Positions 51,601 to 60,371 of a stretch of 60,371 nucleotides of DNA are shown here, piece by piece. The position numbers and the translations under genes were made by a program. How positions within the stretch are numbered: position 1 is the stretch's first letter; each line of letters opens with the position of its first letter. Source of the stretch: Phoronis australis (taxonomy: Eukaryota; Animalia; Phoronida); assembly GCA_002633005.1 (NCBI GenBank), contig NMRA01000122.1:1-60371 (forward strand), read 5' to 3'. Below the pieces are notes generated by a model. That model ran no database searches, was not told where the DNA came from, and worked only from the letters and a program-made list of their open reading frames with translations.

Positions 51601-53280
51601 GTTCTACCTCGGATGTGATTAGTTCGGTCGTCGTTTGCTTTTGTTTACGAGTCAGTAAACATGCCACGCTATTGCTGCGTACCAGGATGTACTCATTATC
51701 GTCTCACACGCGCTTTGGGTACCTTGCATCGCTTTCCGAAGGATGACACACTTCGCCGTACTTGGCTAGCTCGTTCGTGTGAAGAACGCAGCGCTACCCG
51801 TTCACGCAACGTACAAAGCAGTGGCAAGCATTTTCAGCCGTCAGATTACGACAGAGATATGTACGCTGAATTGATGAAGGTCCCTGCGAAACAACGCCTG
51901 AAGAAGGGTTCCATACCGTCGCTGTAGATTCCCGGCAGTGCCCCGTCGCCACCCCCGAGAAGTGCGTTTTTGAAGCGAGAAGCCTCTCAAGCTGTAGCCA
52001 CTATAAACAGTTACTGAAGGCATTTCATCTACTGTCACCTATGCCTCCGAACGTACCCCATAGCGTGCAATTCCAGGAACTAGCAGTGATTCACCGTGTG
52101 CTGTTGTCTCTAGCCCACAGCCTGTAAGCAGCCCTGCAGCGATGTTGAGTAGTGAGAGTGAATACAGGCCCAGTTTGACACCCAATGAAAAGGACAGTTC
52201 GTCATCCAGTGAACAGATCGGTGAAGCTAAGTTTGATAAGTTTATTGTTGACTTGTATTGGAGCTATTTAGAAGGTGCCACGTGTGTGACGAGGGAGTCG
52301 CACGGCGGGATGTAAGAAGTTTGGGTGCTCAACAAGTCACCATCGGTAGTGTGTCTCGGGACACTCGGGCAAGTGGGACAGTTCTTCCTCTGTACGTGAG
52401 ACGATAAAGAATACATCTCGGTAGGCAGCAACAGCGTGGCATGTTGACTGACTCGTAAACAAAAGCAAACGACGACGGAACTTACCACAACCGAGGTAGA
52501 ACAATGACTGACTCGACTGCTCTCACAGTCACACTGTATGAAAAGAAATTGGCGCGAAATTCTTGCCTCCCAAAACGTCACTTCCAGAGTAGACGACGAG
52601 TAATTGATTAAATTAGAAAAGCTGTAAATAAGTGAAAAATATGTTTGGGATAATCAACGAACCCTATTTTTGCTAAAAATGACATGAAAATAGGTTGCCT
52701 TCGCCTTTAAGGGTTGGTTTACCGACTAGATCACAGGTTGCAGTCTTATTGCCTCTCACGTGCAAGCTATGATTAGACTTTCAATTGAAATAACTCCAGT
52801 TCGTATGCTTTTTACTTTTAAATGAACTGAGCAGCTAAAACATATCCGTTCTCAAAACAAATAGATCGAGGTGTTCCATCGAATTAGAACCCCACAGCTA
52901 ACCTAATGAGCGATGCGAGTGTGACACGTATAACATTAACTTCACATTCACCCCTGAATTCCGGGTTGGTTTACTAACAGTTACGACCAGTTAGAATACT
53001 CGATCGGACAAGAAGGTCTACTACCCTAACCTCTTTCACGTTTTAGAGTTATGAAAAAGACCCACTCGATGTGAATACCAGACAGTAGTTTTTCAGCCTT
53101 CTCCTTCGATATATTGACCGCTCCAGCACTTCCACGGAAGCCCACTGTATCCAAGGCAAGGTCTTTTGGGGAGATAAGACCGATCTTCACTGTTAGAGAA
53201 GACGATATGCGAATAACCAACGCCAGGGTAAGATAGTCCAACATCTTATGATGGAAAAGTAGTCGATAGCCGTGTTGCAT
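24086..53280 (-). CDS. Single-pass receptor guanylyl cyclase (natriuretic-peptide-receptor-like: ANF-receptor ECD, TM, kinase-homology, coiled coil, class III cyclase) with degenerate catalytic residues; 22 exons, ~1048 aa
   Basis: 22 exons joined by hand into a 3147-nt ORF with consistent phases. Motifs [30 protein letters not shown] helix, [59 protein letters not shown]. Confidence 0.93.
24388..24479 (-). CDS. rGC exon 21
   Basis: [31 protein letters not shown]. Confidence 0.9.
24709..24982 (-). CDS. rGC exon 20 (cyclase core)
   Basis: [15 protein letters not shown]...[39 protein letters not shown]. Confidence 0.95.
25977..26169 (-). CDS. rGC exon 19 (cyclase N-half); ends at GC donor
   Basis: [31 protein letters not shown]...[19 protein letters not shown] |gcaggt. 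Confidence 0.92.
27385..27522 (-). CDS. rGC exon 18 (coiled coil/signalling helix)
   Basis: [40 protein letters not shown]. Confidence 0.92.
28174..28372 (-). CDS. rGC exon 17
   Basis: [15 protein letters not shown]...[19 protein letters not shown]. Confidence 0.92.
29430..29689. mobile_element. Palindromic MITE; related arms at ~59248-59330 and ~60080-60208
   Basis: ctcccgttcagtaacg...cgttactgaacgggag termini with long internal inverted match. Confidence 0.8.
30197..30343 (-). CDS. rGC exon 16
   Basis: [10 protein letters not shown]...[23 protein letters not shown]. Confidence 0.93.
30487..30770. repeat. (CAG)n interrupted trinucleotide microsatellite in rGC intron 15
   Basis: Direct reading; source of spurious poly-Leu/Gln ORFs. 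Confidence 0.95.
31535..31706 (-). CDS. rGC exon 15
   Basis: [36 protein letters not shown]... Confidence 0.93.
32326..32397 (-). CDS. rGC exon 14
   Basis: [24 protein letters not shown] |gtaagc. Confidence 0.9.
33377..33481 (-). CDS. rGC exon 13
   Basis: [35 protein letters not shown] |gtaagg. Confidence 0.92.
35056..35262 (-). CDS. rGC exon 12 (start of kinase-homology domain)
   Basis: HHERSSS...[17 protein letters not shown]...ILELNE. Confidence 0.85.
35551..35635 (-). CDS. rGC exon 11
   Basis: [28 protein letters not shown] |gtaaga. Confidence 0.85.
37364..37442 (-). CDS. rGC exon 10 (transmembrane helix)
   Basis: [26 protein letters not shown] |gtgagt. Confidence 0.85.
37880..37973 (-). 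CDS. rGC exon 9 (juxtamembrane Cys pair)
   Basis: [31 protein letters not shown] |gtaaga. Confidence 0.9.
38976..39097 (-). CDS. rGC exon 8
   Basis: [18 protein letters not shown]...MNKK. Confidence 0.9.
40498..40633 (-). CDS. rGC exon 7
   Basis: [19 protein letters not shown]...[15 protein letters not shown]. Confidence 0.9.
40711..40820. mobile_element. Short hairpin MITE
   Basis: ggcggacatgaaataata...tattatttcatgtacgcc. Confidence 0.7.
40903..41001 (-). CDS. rGC exon 6
   Basis: [33 protein letters not shown] |gtaagt. Confidence 0.8.
41149..41904 (+). mobile_element. Solo LTR (756 bp) in rGC intron 5
   Basis: TGTT...AACA termini, perfect CTGGG 5-bp TSD, AATAAA at 41833. Confidence 0.85.
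42057..42244 (-). CDS. rGC exon 5
   Basis: [18 protein letters not shown]...[21 protein letters not shown] |gtgaga. Confidence 0.9.
43760..44250 (+). pseudogene. Penelope-like GIY-YIG endonuclease 3' fragment interrupted by a MITE
   Basis: [39 protein letters not shown], resuming after the insert as ..[13 protein letters not shown]. Confidence 0.75.
43930..44158. mobile_element. CATGCGCG-ended MITE nested in the Penelope fragment
   Basis: (a)atgcgcgtaccc...gggtgcgcgcatg; TTTTA TSD; same family at 57870-58118. Confidence 0.8.
45962..46290. repeat. Diverged ~180-bp tandem duplication with GAT/GAC-rich core
   Basis: ttggcgaaattaac...gaaaagacgacg...aagaaatagg.tacagtct occurs twice. Confidence 0.8.
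47266..47442 (-). CDS. rGC exon 4
   Basis: [10 protein letters not shown]...LQRLSDNAR |gtaagt; an alternative in-frame acceptor lies upstream. Confidence 0.8.
48204..48407 (-). CDS. rGC exon 3
   Basis: [20 protein letters not shown]...FPTLIRT...[12 protein letters not shown] |gtaagc. Confidence 0.9.
50270..50376 (-). CDS. rGC exon 2
   Basis: [35 protein letters not shown]; ag/gt boundaries. Confidence 0.85.
51110..51170. repeat. (CATA)n microsatellite
   Basis: Direct reading. Confidence 0.95.
51396..52706 (+). mobile_element. Second, degenerate Kolobok copy built from two THAP-side ends
   Basis: TTAA TSD at 51392-95 and 52707-10; AGGCG...CGCCT ends; frameshifted THAP at 51661 homologous to 22958; right ~310 bp is an inverted copy of the left end. 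Confidence 0.88.
53066..53280 (-). CDS. rGC exon 1 (signal peptide, start of ECD)
   Basis: (MQHG..)[26 protein letters not shown]...GIHI; donor GA|GTGGGT; which ATG is used is uncertain. Confidence 0.75.
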
Positions 53281-55199
53281 TATCCTTTACTAAATAGTGG
53301 AAAATTTATGTGCCAGTTGTCTTAAAAGAATGTTTTTTTTCTTTAATGTTTACTCACGTGTTCGTTCAATTCGAATGTGTAATCACGAGACATATTTCTC
53401 AGGGGTTGTGATCGAACCCTGGCTATTGACCCCAGAACACTTTCCACTCTCTACAAAATTTTTACCACACTCCAAAAGAACTATTATCATACAAAAATAA
53501 TGCTCACAATGGAAGTTGAAATTCAGCGGTTTGTGCATGGCAAGGGTCCTCGCGGTGTGTGGCACGAGATTTATGGAGAGTACGTGGCAAATGTTCGACA
53601 CTCCCACGATATGGATTCTGTTCCTTGAGAAATGTTCTTCTGTCCGCGATAGCAAGAGCGGGATTAACTGTTAACCACTCTCCACAAATACTTTCCATGC
53701 ATCGTAAAAACTCTTAGCACGCACAAAGTTTATCGTTACCGCAAAAATAAGAAAGGGTCGAGGGTACAAGAATTGGCCGCCAGGGGCCACGGCACCCGGC
53801 TGTAGTCTGCAGAGTTGATCTGATATTTTGGCGTTAGGGATTCTCCGCAATTGCGAACAACGAATTACGTGACATAGATATTCGTGTGTGAGGCAGCTGT
53901 TTGTTCTGAGGAGCCACAAAGGAGACTGGTCTCGTGCACTGACGAGTTTTTTGTTTTTTGTGTCACGATATTTTTACAGTTTTACATTTGTATTAATCAA
54001 CTATTCAATGAAGGTCTACTGTGTCGTTATCAAAAATGACACGACTTAGAAAGACAAAATTAAACTGTTTTTGCCCGACTCTTTTGCAGGCATGGGTCAC
54101 GTATAATGTTATCGGGGGTTGGAGAGGAGCACACATTAATATGTCGTCGCCAAATATTGGCCCACTTCGTGGTCCCAATGAACCAATTTCTCGCTATCGC
54201 CACTACGTCCGGCCGACCCCATGGTCGTCGGCATCGAAGTTCGCCATACGAGCGAGGGCTGTTTGGGGGATCGGGAAAACTCCAGAAAGGAACCACCTGA
54301 AACTTGTGAGCCCACATTTTAACAAATTAAATTTCATGAGAAAGAGTCACTTTTACAGCTGAACTCGTTAAGCGTGCCAAAAGGTATGGTGATTTTGACC
54401 TTAATGGTGCGAAAAATCATTTTCGCGGCCCAGACGAAAACTGAACGTAAGAAATTCCAGTTGCAAGAGAGATAAAACTGTAATAATTCATACTTCATTT
54501 AAGTGGCATAGTACGAGCCCTTATAAGTTTATGATTCATTACAGTACTGCTTTAAACCATGTTGTTAAGGGCAAACGCAGTTCCGTGTAGTTCATAAAAT
54601 AGTCGGAGATCCATAATTGCAGAAGTTTTTATGCATATCCATTATATAAACCCAGTTTCCTTTAATCTTTTGCATTTCAACAATCATTTTACAATATTCA
54701 GGGCTAAAACATGCAAAAAACCGTACGATGACACTTGGCTTCAATCAAAGTCCTGCTGCCTGGTGGTAATTGCCGGCCCAATTATGTTGCACACCCTGCC
54801 AAGAATTAATGAGAAACATAGTATGGCAACATTATAGAAACTTTTACGTTGTACAAGTCACATATCTTGTCAGATCAAATTTAAAAACCCAATCACGTGT
54901 ACTTTTCACGAACTATTCAACTGTCTAAACGAATATTTAAAATTACTTATTGTCGCCGCTACATTAAGAAAATCTTACACTAACAGGACTTGTACTACAC
55001 TCCAGTGAATGAGAACGTGTGGTCTATTTACCCCAGACTATCCAGTGAAGTCCTAGTCACAAGGCTTGACAGCGCCGTCACGGACTGAAGTGGGATAGTT
55101 GCTATTCATGAGCGTGGGTGAACGTGCTGTCGTCTTGTAAACCAACACTTTTGTTTAGCGTTCGAGTTCAGAAGTAAAAAAAAAAAACGAACAATAAGC

Positions 55200-55655
55200 A
55201 AGGCCCTTAAAAGCCATGGTTTTATGCACAGATGAAATCACAGCCCTTACAAGCCCTGAGGCGCTCAAGGTTTCATGGGCGGATGAAACAATGACTCTTT
55301 AGTGACCGCGTAGCGGCCGTGGTTTCATATCTGCCTATGACACCACCGACCATTTGCTGACCCTGAAGCGATCGAGGTTTCATGAGCAGATAAGACCACC
55401 CCTTCCAGACCCCCGAAGCGGACGTGGATTCTTGCGCAGATGAAACCACTACCCTTTACAGACCCTGAAGCAGTCGTGTCAGAGTCTTTACAGATCCCCG
55501 AAGCGGTGGCTGTTAATTGTGTCATGATCAGATGAAACCATGTCTCTTTACAGACCCTAAAGGCTAAGTGGTTTCATGGGACGATGAAACCACGACCCTT
55601 TACAGGCGCTGAAGCTGTCATGGTGACAGGGACGGATGAAACCATGACCCTTTAG
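55200..55655. repeat. Minisatellite, ~50-55-bp unit, ~8 diverged copies
   Basis: Recurring gatgaaacca..accctttacagaccctgaag..ggtttcatg. Confidence 0.8.
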
Positions 55656-55658
55656 AGA

Positions 55659-55888
55659 CAAGCACATTTATCTGTACTGGCCGGTCATATAACCTGCATA
55701 TGATCCTGAACAACAACAGTGAATTGGAAGCAATTTGGTCTCCACGAATTGTGTATAGAAAAGCTTTCATTTTTACCTTTAGAGTAAATTGTTTCTCGTT
55801 TTATCACTGTGGACTGCAATGCCTGTTGTTGCTCAAGATAATATGCACCTCAGGTTATATGACCGGCTAGTACAGATAAATGTGCTTG
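55659..55888. mobile_element. Palindromic MITE
   Basis: caagcacatttatctgtact.gccggtcatataacctg and its reverse complement at the ends. Confidence 0.8.
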
Positions 55889-56067
55889 ACTAGAAACTCC
55901 TGAAATGAAAGTTTTACAGATCAATTATGGTACCTTGCTGTTTTAACAGAAGGGGTTAATCACTTTTCACTCCAATATAATGATGAGATTGATATGAAAA
56001 AATGGCAGCCATACAGGAGCTGAGCCCCGTTCCCGCCGCGAGCGCTATACCCAGTTACCGACGTTGA

Positions 56068-56201
56068 CATGGGCGGCGCACCATAGGGGGCTGGGGGGCT
56101 ATAGCCCCACTTTTTTCAGGGCCACTGTCTGTAGGCGGCGCACCACAGGGAGGCTGGGGGGCTTTAGTCCAACCACTTTTTTCAGTGCTGCGTCGCCCAT
56201 G
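56068..56201. mobile_element. Short CATGGGCG-ended MITE
   Basis: catgggcggcgca...tgcgtcgcccatg; GTTGA 5-bp TSD. Confidence 0.8.
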
Positions 56202-58018
56202 GTTGAAAATGCCGCAGTTTAGCGGTATTGAGTGGCAGGGATTCTTGTTGCCCGTGTGGATGAGACGGATCTGCCTGTTATCAGAAAGTTTTCATAGATC
56301 TTTCTACAGTCAATGTTGACCGGTGAAGCTAGCGGTGTGAATGTACGGTTCCCCGTCAGTTGAAGTACAGATTATAGATAGCACCAGCTTTGGTTATGAT
56401 CCTGTTTTGCTGCTAGCCAGGGTCGTTGTTTCTGTTGTGAATGTAGTTTTATGCGGCCTAGTCTTTCGTGTTGTCTTGTTTGTTCATGTTCGACCGTCAG
56501 TTTCTGTTAGTGGCCGGATGTTGTGAGGATTAGTGTTGTCACGAGGCTGGGGCATGTTTGGATCTGGCTGGTCTCTCTTCGTCTGGTGCTGCTCAGGGAT
56601 GAACGCCTGCGTTTGGTGCTCTGAGTCTGATCTCCAGTGTGTGTGTGTTCAAGAAGCCGGCCAAAGGAGTAAGGGTAAGCTGCACGTGAACCTGCAGTAA
56701 ACACAATATTTCATTGACTTTTGGAACTTTCGGCTGACAAGACGTCGGTTTTTTGAATGTCACTATATAGAACCCGAAATAGTGGTACTTATGTATGAGG
56801 GTGCCTTACGACCTCGGTTATGGCGTGATACTGTAGTGCAGAATTCCGCTTTGAATTTGTGGCCTACATGTTTGACCTACTTTTATGGTTTGACTTTGTC
56901 ACGTAGGCTATGAGCACGCTATCTGTTCGTTGTAGGCCTACAGCACAAGCGCGCACCCAGCCTCTAAAGTCTAATGTGGGGGGGGGGTCGAATTTTTGTC
57001 GATGTGTCCCTTTTGCTGACAAAAAGCGGGAGGACTAAAAAATACGGGGGATCATTGTGCGTCTGCGCCCTTTTAGAGCATTTTTNTAGTCCCACTTTTT
57101 TCAGTGCTGCGTCGCCCATGGTTGAAAGTGCCGCAGTTTAGCGGTATTGGGTGGCAGGGATTCTTGTTGCCCGTGTGGATGAGACGAATCTGCCTGTTAT
57201 CAGTAAGTTTTCATAGATCTATCTACAGACCGGTGAAGCCAGCGGTGTGAATGTACGGTTCCCCGTCAGTTGCAGTACAGATTATAGACAGCACAAGCTT
57301 TGGTTATGATCCTGTTTTGCCGCTAGGGTCGTTGTTTCTGTTGTGAATGAAGTTTTATGTGGCCTCTTCGTGTTGTCTTGTTTGTTCATGTTCGACCGTC
57401 AGTTTCTGTTAGTGGCCGGATGTTGTGAGGATTAGTGTTGTCACGAGGCTGGGGCATGTTTGGATCTGGCTGGTCTCTCTTCGTCTGGTGCTGCTAAGGG
57501 ATGGACGCCTGCGTTTGGTGCTCTGAGTCTGATCTCCAGTGTGTGTGTTCAAGAAGCCGGCCAAAGGAGTAAGGGTAAGCTGCACGTGAACCTGCAGTAA
57601 ACACAATATTTCATTGAGTTTTGGAACTTTCGGCTGGCAAGACGTCGGTTTTTTGAATGTCACTATATAGAACCCGAAATAGTGGTACTTATGCAAGAGG
57701 GTGCCTTACGACCTCGGTTATGGCGTTACTAGCTTTAGAGTCATTTTGTGATACTGTAGTGCAGAATTCCGCTTTTGAATTTGTGGCCCACATGTTTTAC
57801 CTACTTTTATGGTTTGACTTTGTCACGTAGGTTATGAGCACGCTATCTGTTCGTTGTAGGCCTACAGCACATGCGCGCACCCAGCCTCTAAAGTCTAATA
57901 TGGGGGGGGGGCTCGAATTTTTGATGATGTGTCCCTTTCGATGACAAAAAAGTGGGAGGACTAAAAAATACGGGGTACCTCCTTCATTGTGCGTCTGCGC
58001 CCTTTTAGAGCACTTTTG
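56165..58018. repeat. Near-identical ~920-bp tandem duplication joined at N 57086
   Basis: 56165-57085 vs 57087-~58018, differing by SNPs and small indels. Confidence 0.9.
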
Positions 58019-58118
58019 TCTCGGACTTTTTGTTTCTCTGAGGCGGACCTTTTTGCCCACTTCGCCAAATGGGGGGGGGGTCCTTCCAACCCCCCCACCC
58101 ACCCCCGGTGCGCGCATG
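57870..58118. mobile_element. CATGCGCG-ended MITE (family of 43930-44158)
   Basis: catgcgcgcacc...ggtgcgcgcatg; flanks CAGCA/TAGCA. Confidence 0.8.
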
Positions 58119-60371
58119 TAGCACTGGCACCTTTAATCAGCCCTCAACTATCAGTGTTCTTTACATCTGAAAATCTAAACAGGTCGCACGCGTAAGAACT
58201 GCAACATTTAGAACAAACATGGCGGAACCGCGCTGCGGTCAACGTTCTCCATAGGCTAGTATGTGCCTTATTTTTACCCATGCACAGTATTGCAAACAAG
58301 TAATTGTGTTTGTTCAACTTTTTATTTTTAAAATGTGGACTTATTTCACATAAACCATTTGTTTAGTCAATGACTTCGAAATGGAAGTCTACACAGACGT
58401 CTTTGAAGAGTATGGGGGAAATATTTTACTCAATAGGCCTACTTGTGATGTCAACGCGACTAAGTCAAAAAGAACTGAAGACTAGAGGTAAACTTTTCCC
58501 ATGAAGTAGACAGCCCAAGTGAAGTGTCTTAGTAAAGCCAGCCGAATTTTTGTCTTGATAGCCGCGTCTACGTTTTCTCTCATTCTAATGTCTTTGCACA
58601 GCATTCTTATAGTCAATACTCCAGCTTGCATTGTCTGTCTGAATTTGATGTTCTTTAGTTGGTACAACATTAAACTTCTGCACTACCAGAATTCTTGTAA
58701 AAACTGCACGATATGCGAGTCCTCCATCATGAATGCAAATTAGGTAAACAAAACGATTCACGTGCGCTTTCTATTTACTTGGACGACAGTGTTAGGGCTG
58801 TTGATGAAAACCAATATTTTCAGAAAGATATCGACTGAATTGTCAAACGCTTGCAACTACAGAATTTCCATAAACTTCAGGATTGTCACAAACTAATTCT
58901 TCCAGATGAGAACCATCTATTCTCAAGTTGGAGCAAACTGTAATTTGTAATTGTAAGACTGCCGATCGATGACGTTGTCATATGTTGTCGGCAAACATTC
59001 GGTCTACTGTTCATGGCACGGATATTTGCGATTCGCTGACTGAGCCGGCAGTATCACCACATTCCGGATCTGGATTATGTGTCCTGTCTGCATCTGAGCC
59101 AACGTTAGTATCTGAAACATCTCTCAGTTTTTAACAGTCCTTCTACGCCTTCTCGCGGCAGACATGTAGAATGCGTATGGCAATCGGTAACAGAAGCCAG
59201 GATAGTGTTCAATAACTTTTAAGTTGTTTACCTAGCGTGGTCCTTAAAAGGACCACGCTAGGTAAACAAGACTCTGTGAGATTACGCGAGATGTTAACAT
59301 GCGTTTTCAATGAGAGCACGTGATTTTGGCTACAATTTCTCACCGCGAGACATATATTTTGAACTTTACCCAGTGACGTCCCTAGCTGTCCCAAATCTTG
59401 GAATTACTCCGTGAAACCGCAAATGTCGCTCACGTCAGCTACCGATGTTGAGTTGCGGCTTGGCAGATTTTCAGAGGGAGTATGTGCCACAGATATAATG
59501 TTTATGCTGCCAGCGAAACTCCTTTTAAGGCAATGAGATGAACTCGGTCAATCTCGATGGCACCAAAAGTGACCAATAATATTCATCTAAGCGTGAAATT
59601 CACAAACAACAACCAATGAGAGTCCTCAAAAGCGTTTCCAATGCAAAGGTTGAGACTGGTGTCGGTAAGTCACTAAAGACCAGTTTGGTGTGGTCCACGG
59701 AATATTGAGAAGTGTGCTACGAAAATAAAATTTTGGCCACCAAAAGATTCACTGTCTACCCAAAAGACGGCCGTTGTATAAACTCATGCGTAACGCTGTC
59801 TTTGCTGACTAGTTAGACTTCGCAGAACTAACCACTGAGCCTTAGGCCTAATTATTTTCAATGGGTTATTATGATCAGTTGTCCGCCGAACACAAACGGT
59901 GACTACAAAAGAGCGACTTTAGTGCCGGACTGCACCTCCAGTGAGCAGGTAGTGGATTAGGCTTCCAGGTGGCACTGGGCATTTGTTTAAATTCAATTGA
60001 CTTTGTCCAACTGGTCTATATGAATTGAAAGGAGATTATTTACAAGCCAAAGAACAGGCGTGCGTTCAGTAGAGCTATGACCTACGCTAGGACCTAGCTA
60101 AAATCTAGTTAAGGTCACGTGTTCTTGTTTAAAATTCACGGCAATATCTCACGTAATCTCGCGAAGTTTTGCTTTTTAGCGAGGTCCTAGCGTTACAGAA
60201 CGGGAGGCAGAATTGGTATACCCGCAAGTTAAAAGAGTCCATAAACATCAGCACTCAGCGCCTTCTCTTGAACCGGGACCGAGGTCTCCACTTACGGTGG
60301 CACTGAATAGTTAGGCTGCGGCCGCGGCCAATTTGCACTCCCAAAATATAGAAATTTTGGGGTAGGCCAAG

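Noticed and set aside
55200-55655. CRISPR-like periodic array
   Set aside because: Whole units are homologous with no unique spacers; eukaryotic minisatellite, no cas genes

Overview
Eukaryotic (animal, AT-rich, probably marine invertebrate) genomic window. It holds two convergent multi-exon genes that I rebuilt by hand with consistent splice phases. (1) A 7-exon + strand gene (13627-23823, ~519 aa) for a secreted protein: signal peptide, LamG/pentraxin-like jelly-roll split by a Ser/Thr-rich insert, and a C-terminal PAN/apple-like module. (2) A 22-exon - strand receptor guanylyl cyclase (53280-24086, ~1048 aa). Its cyclase domain keeps the metal-binding Asps but has lost the catalytic Arg and the KGKG lysine, and one intron has a GC donor. 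Introns and intergenic DNA are dense with transposon relics: two related Kolobok-type elements (THAP + KolX/P2X7-ballast-like, TTAA target; one rebuilt from two THAP-side ends), a solo LTR, HERO/NeSL-like, Penelope and CR1-like fragments, and many fold-back MITEs, several with 5-bp TSDs. Two near-identical duplications sit at single-N gaps and are probably concatenated haplotypes. No database searches were run; family assignments come from motif recognition.
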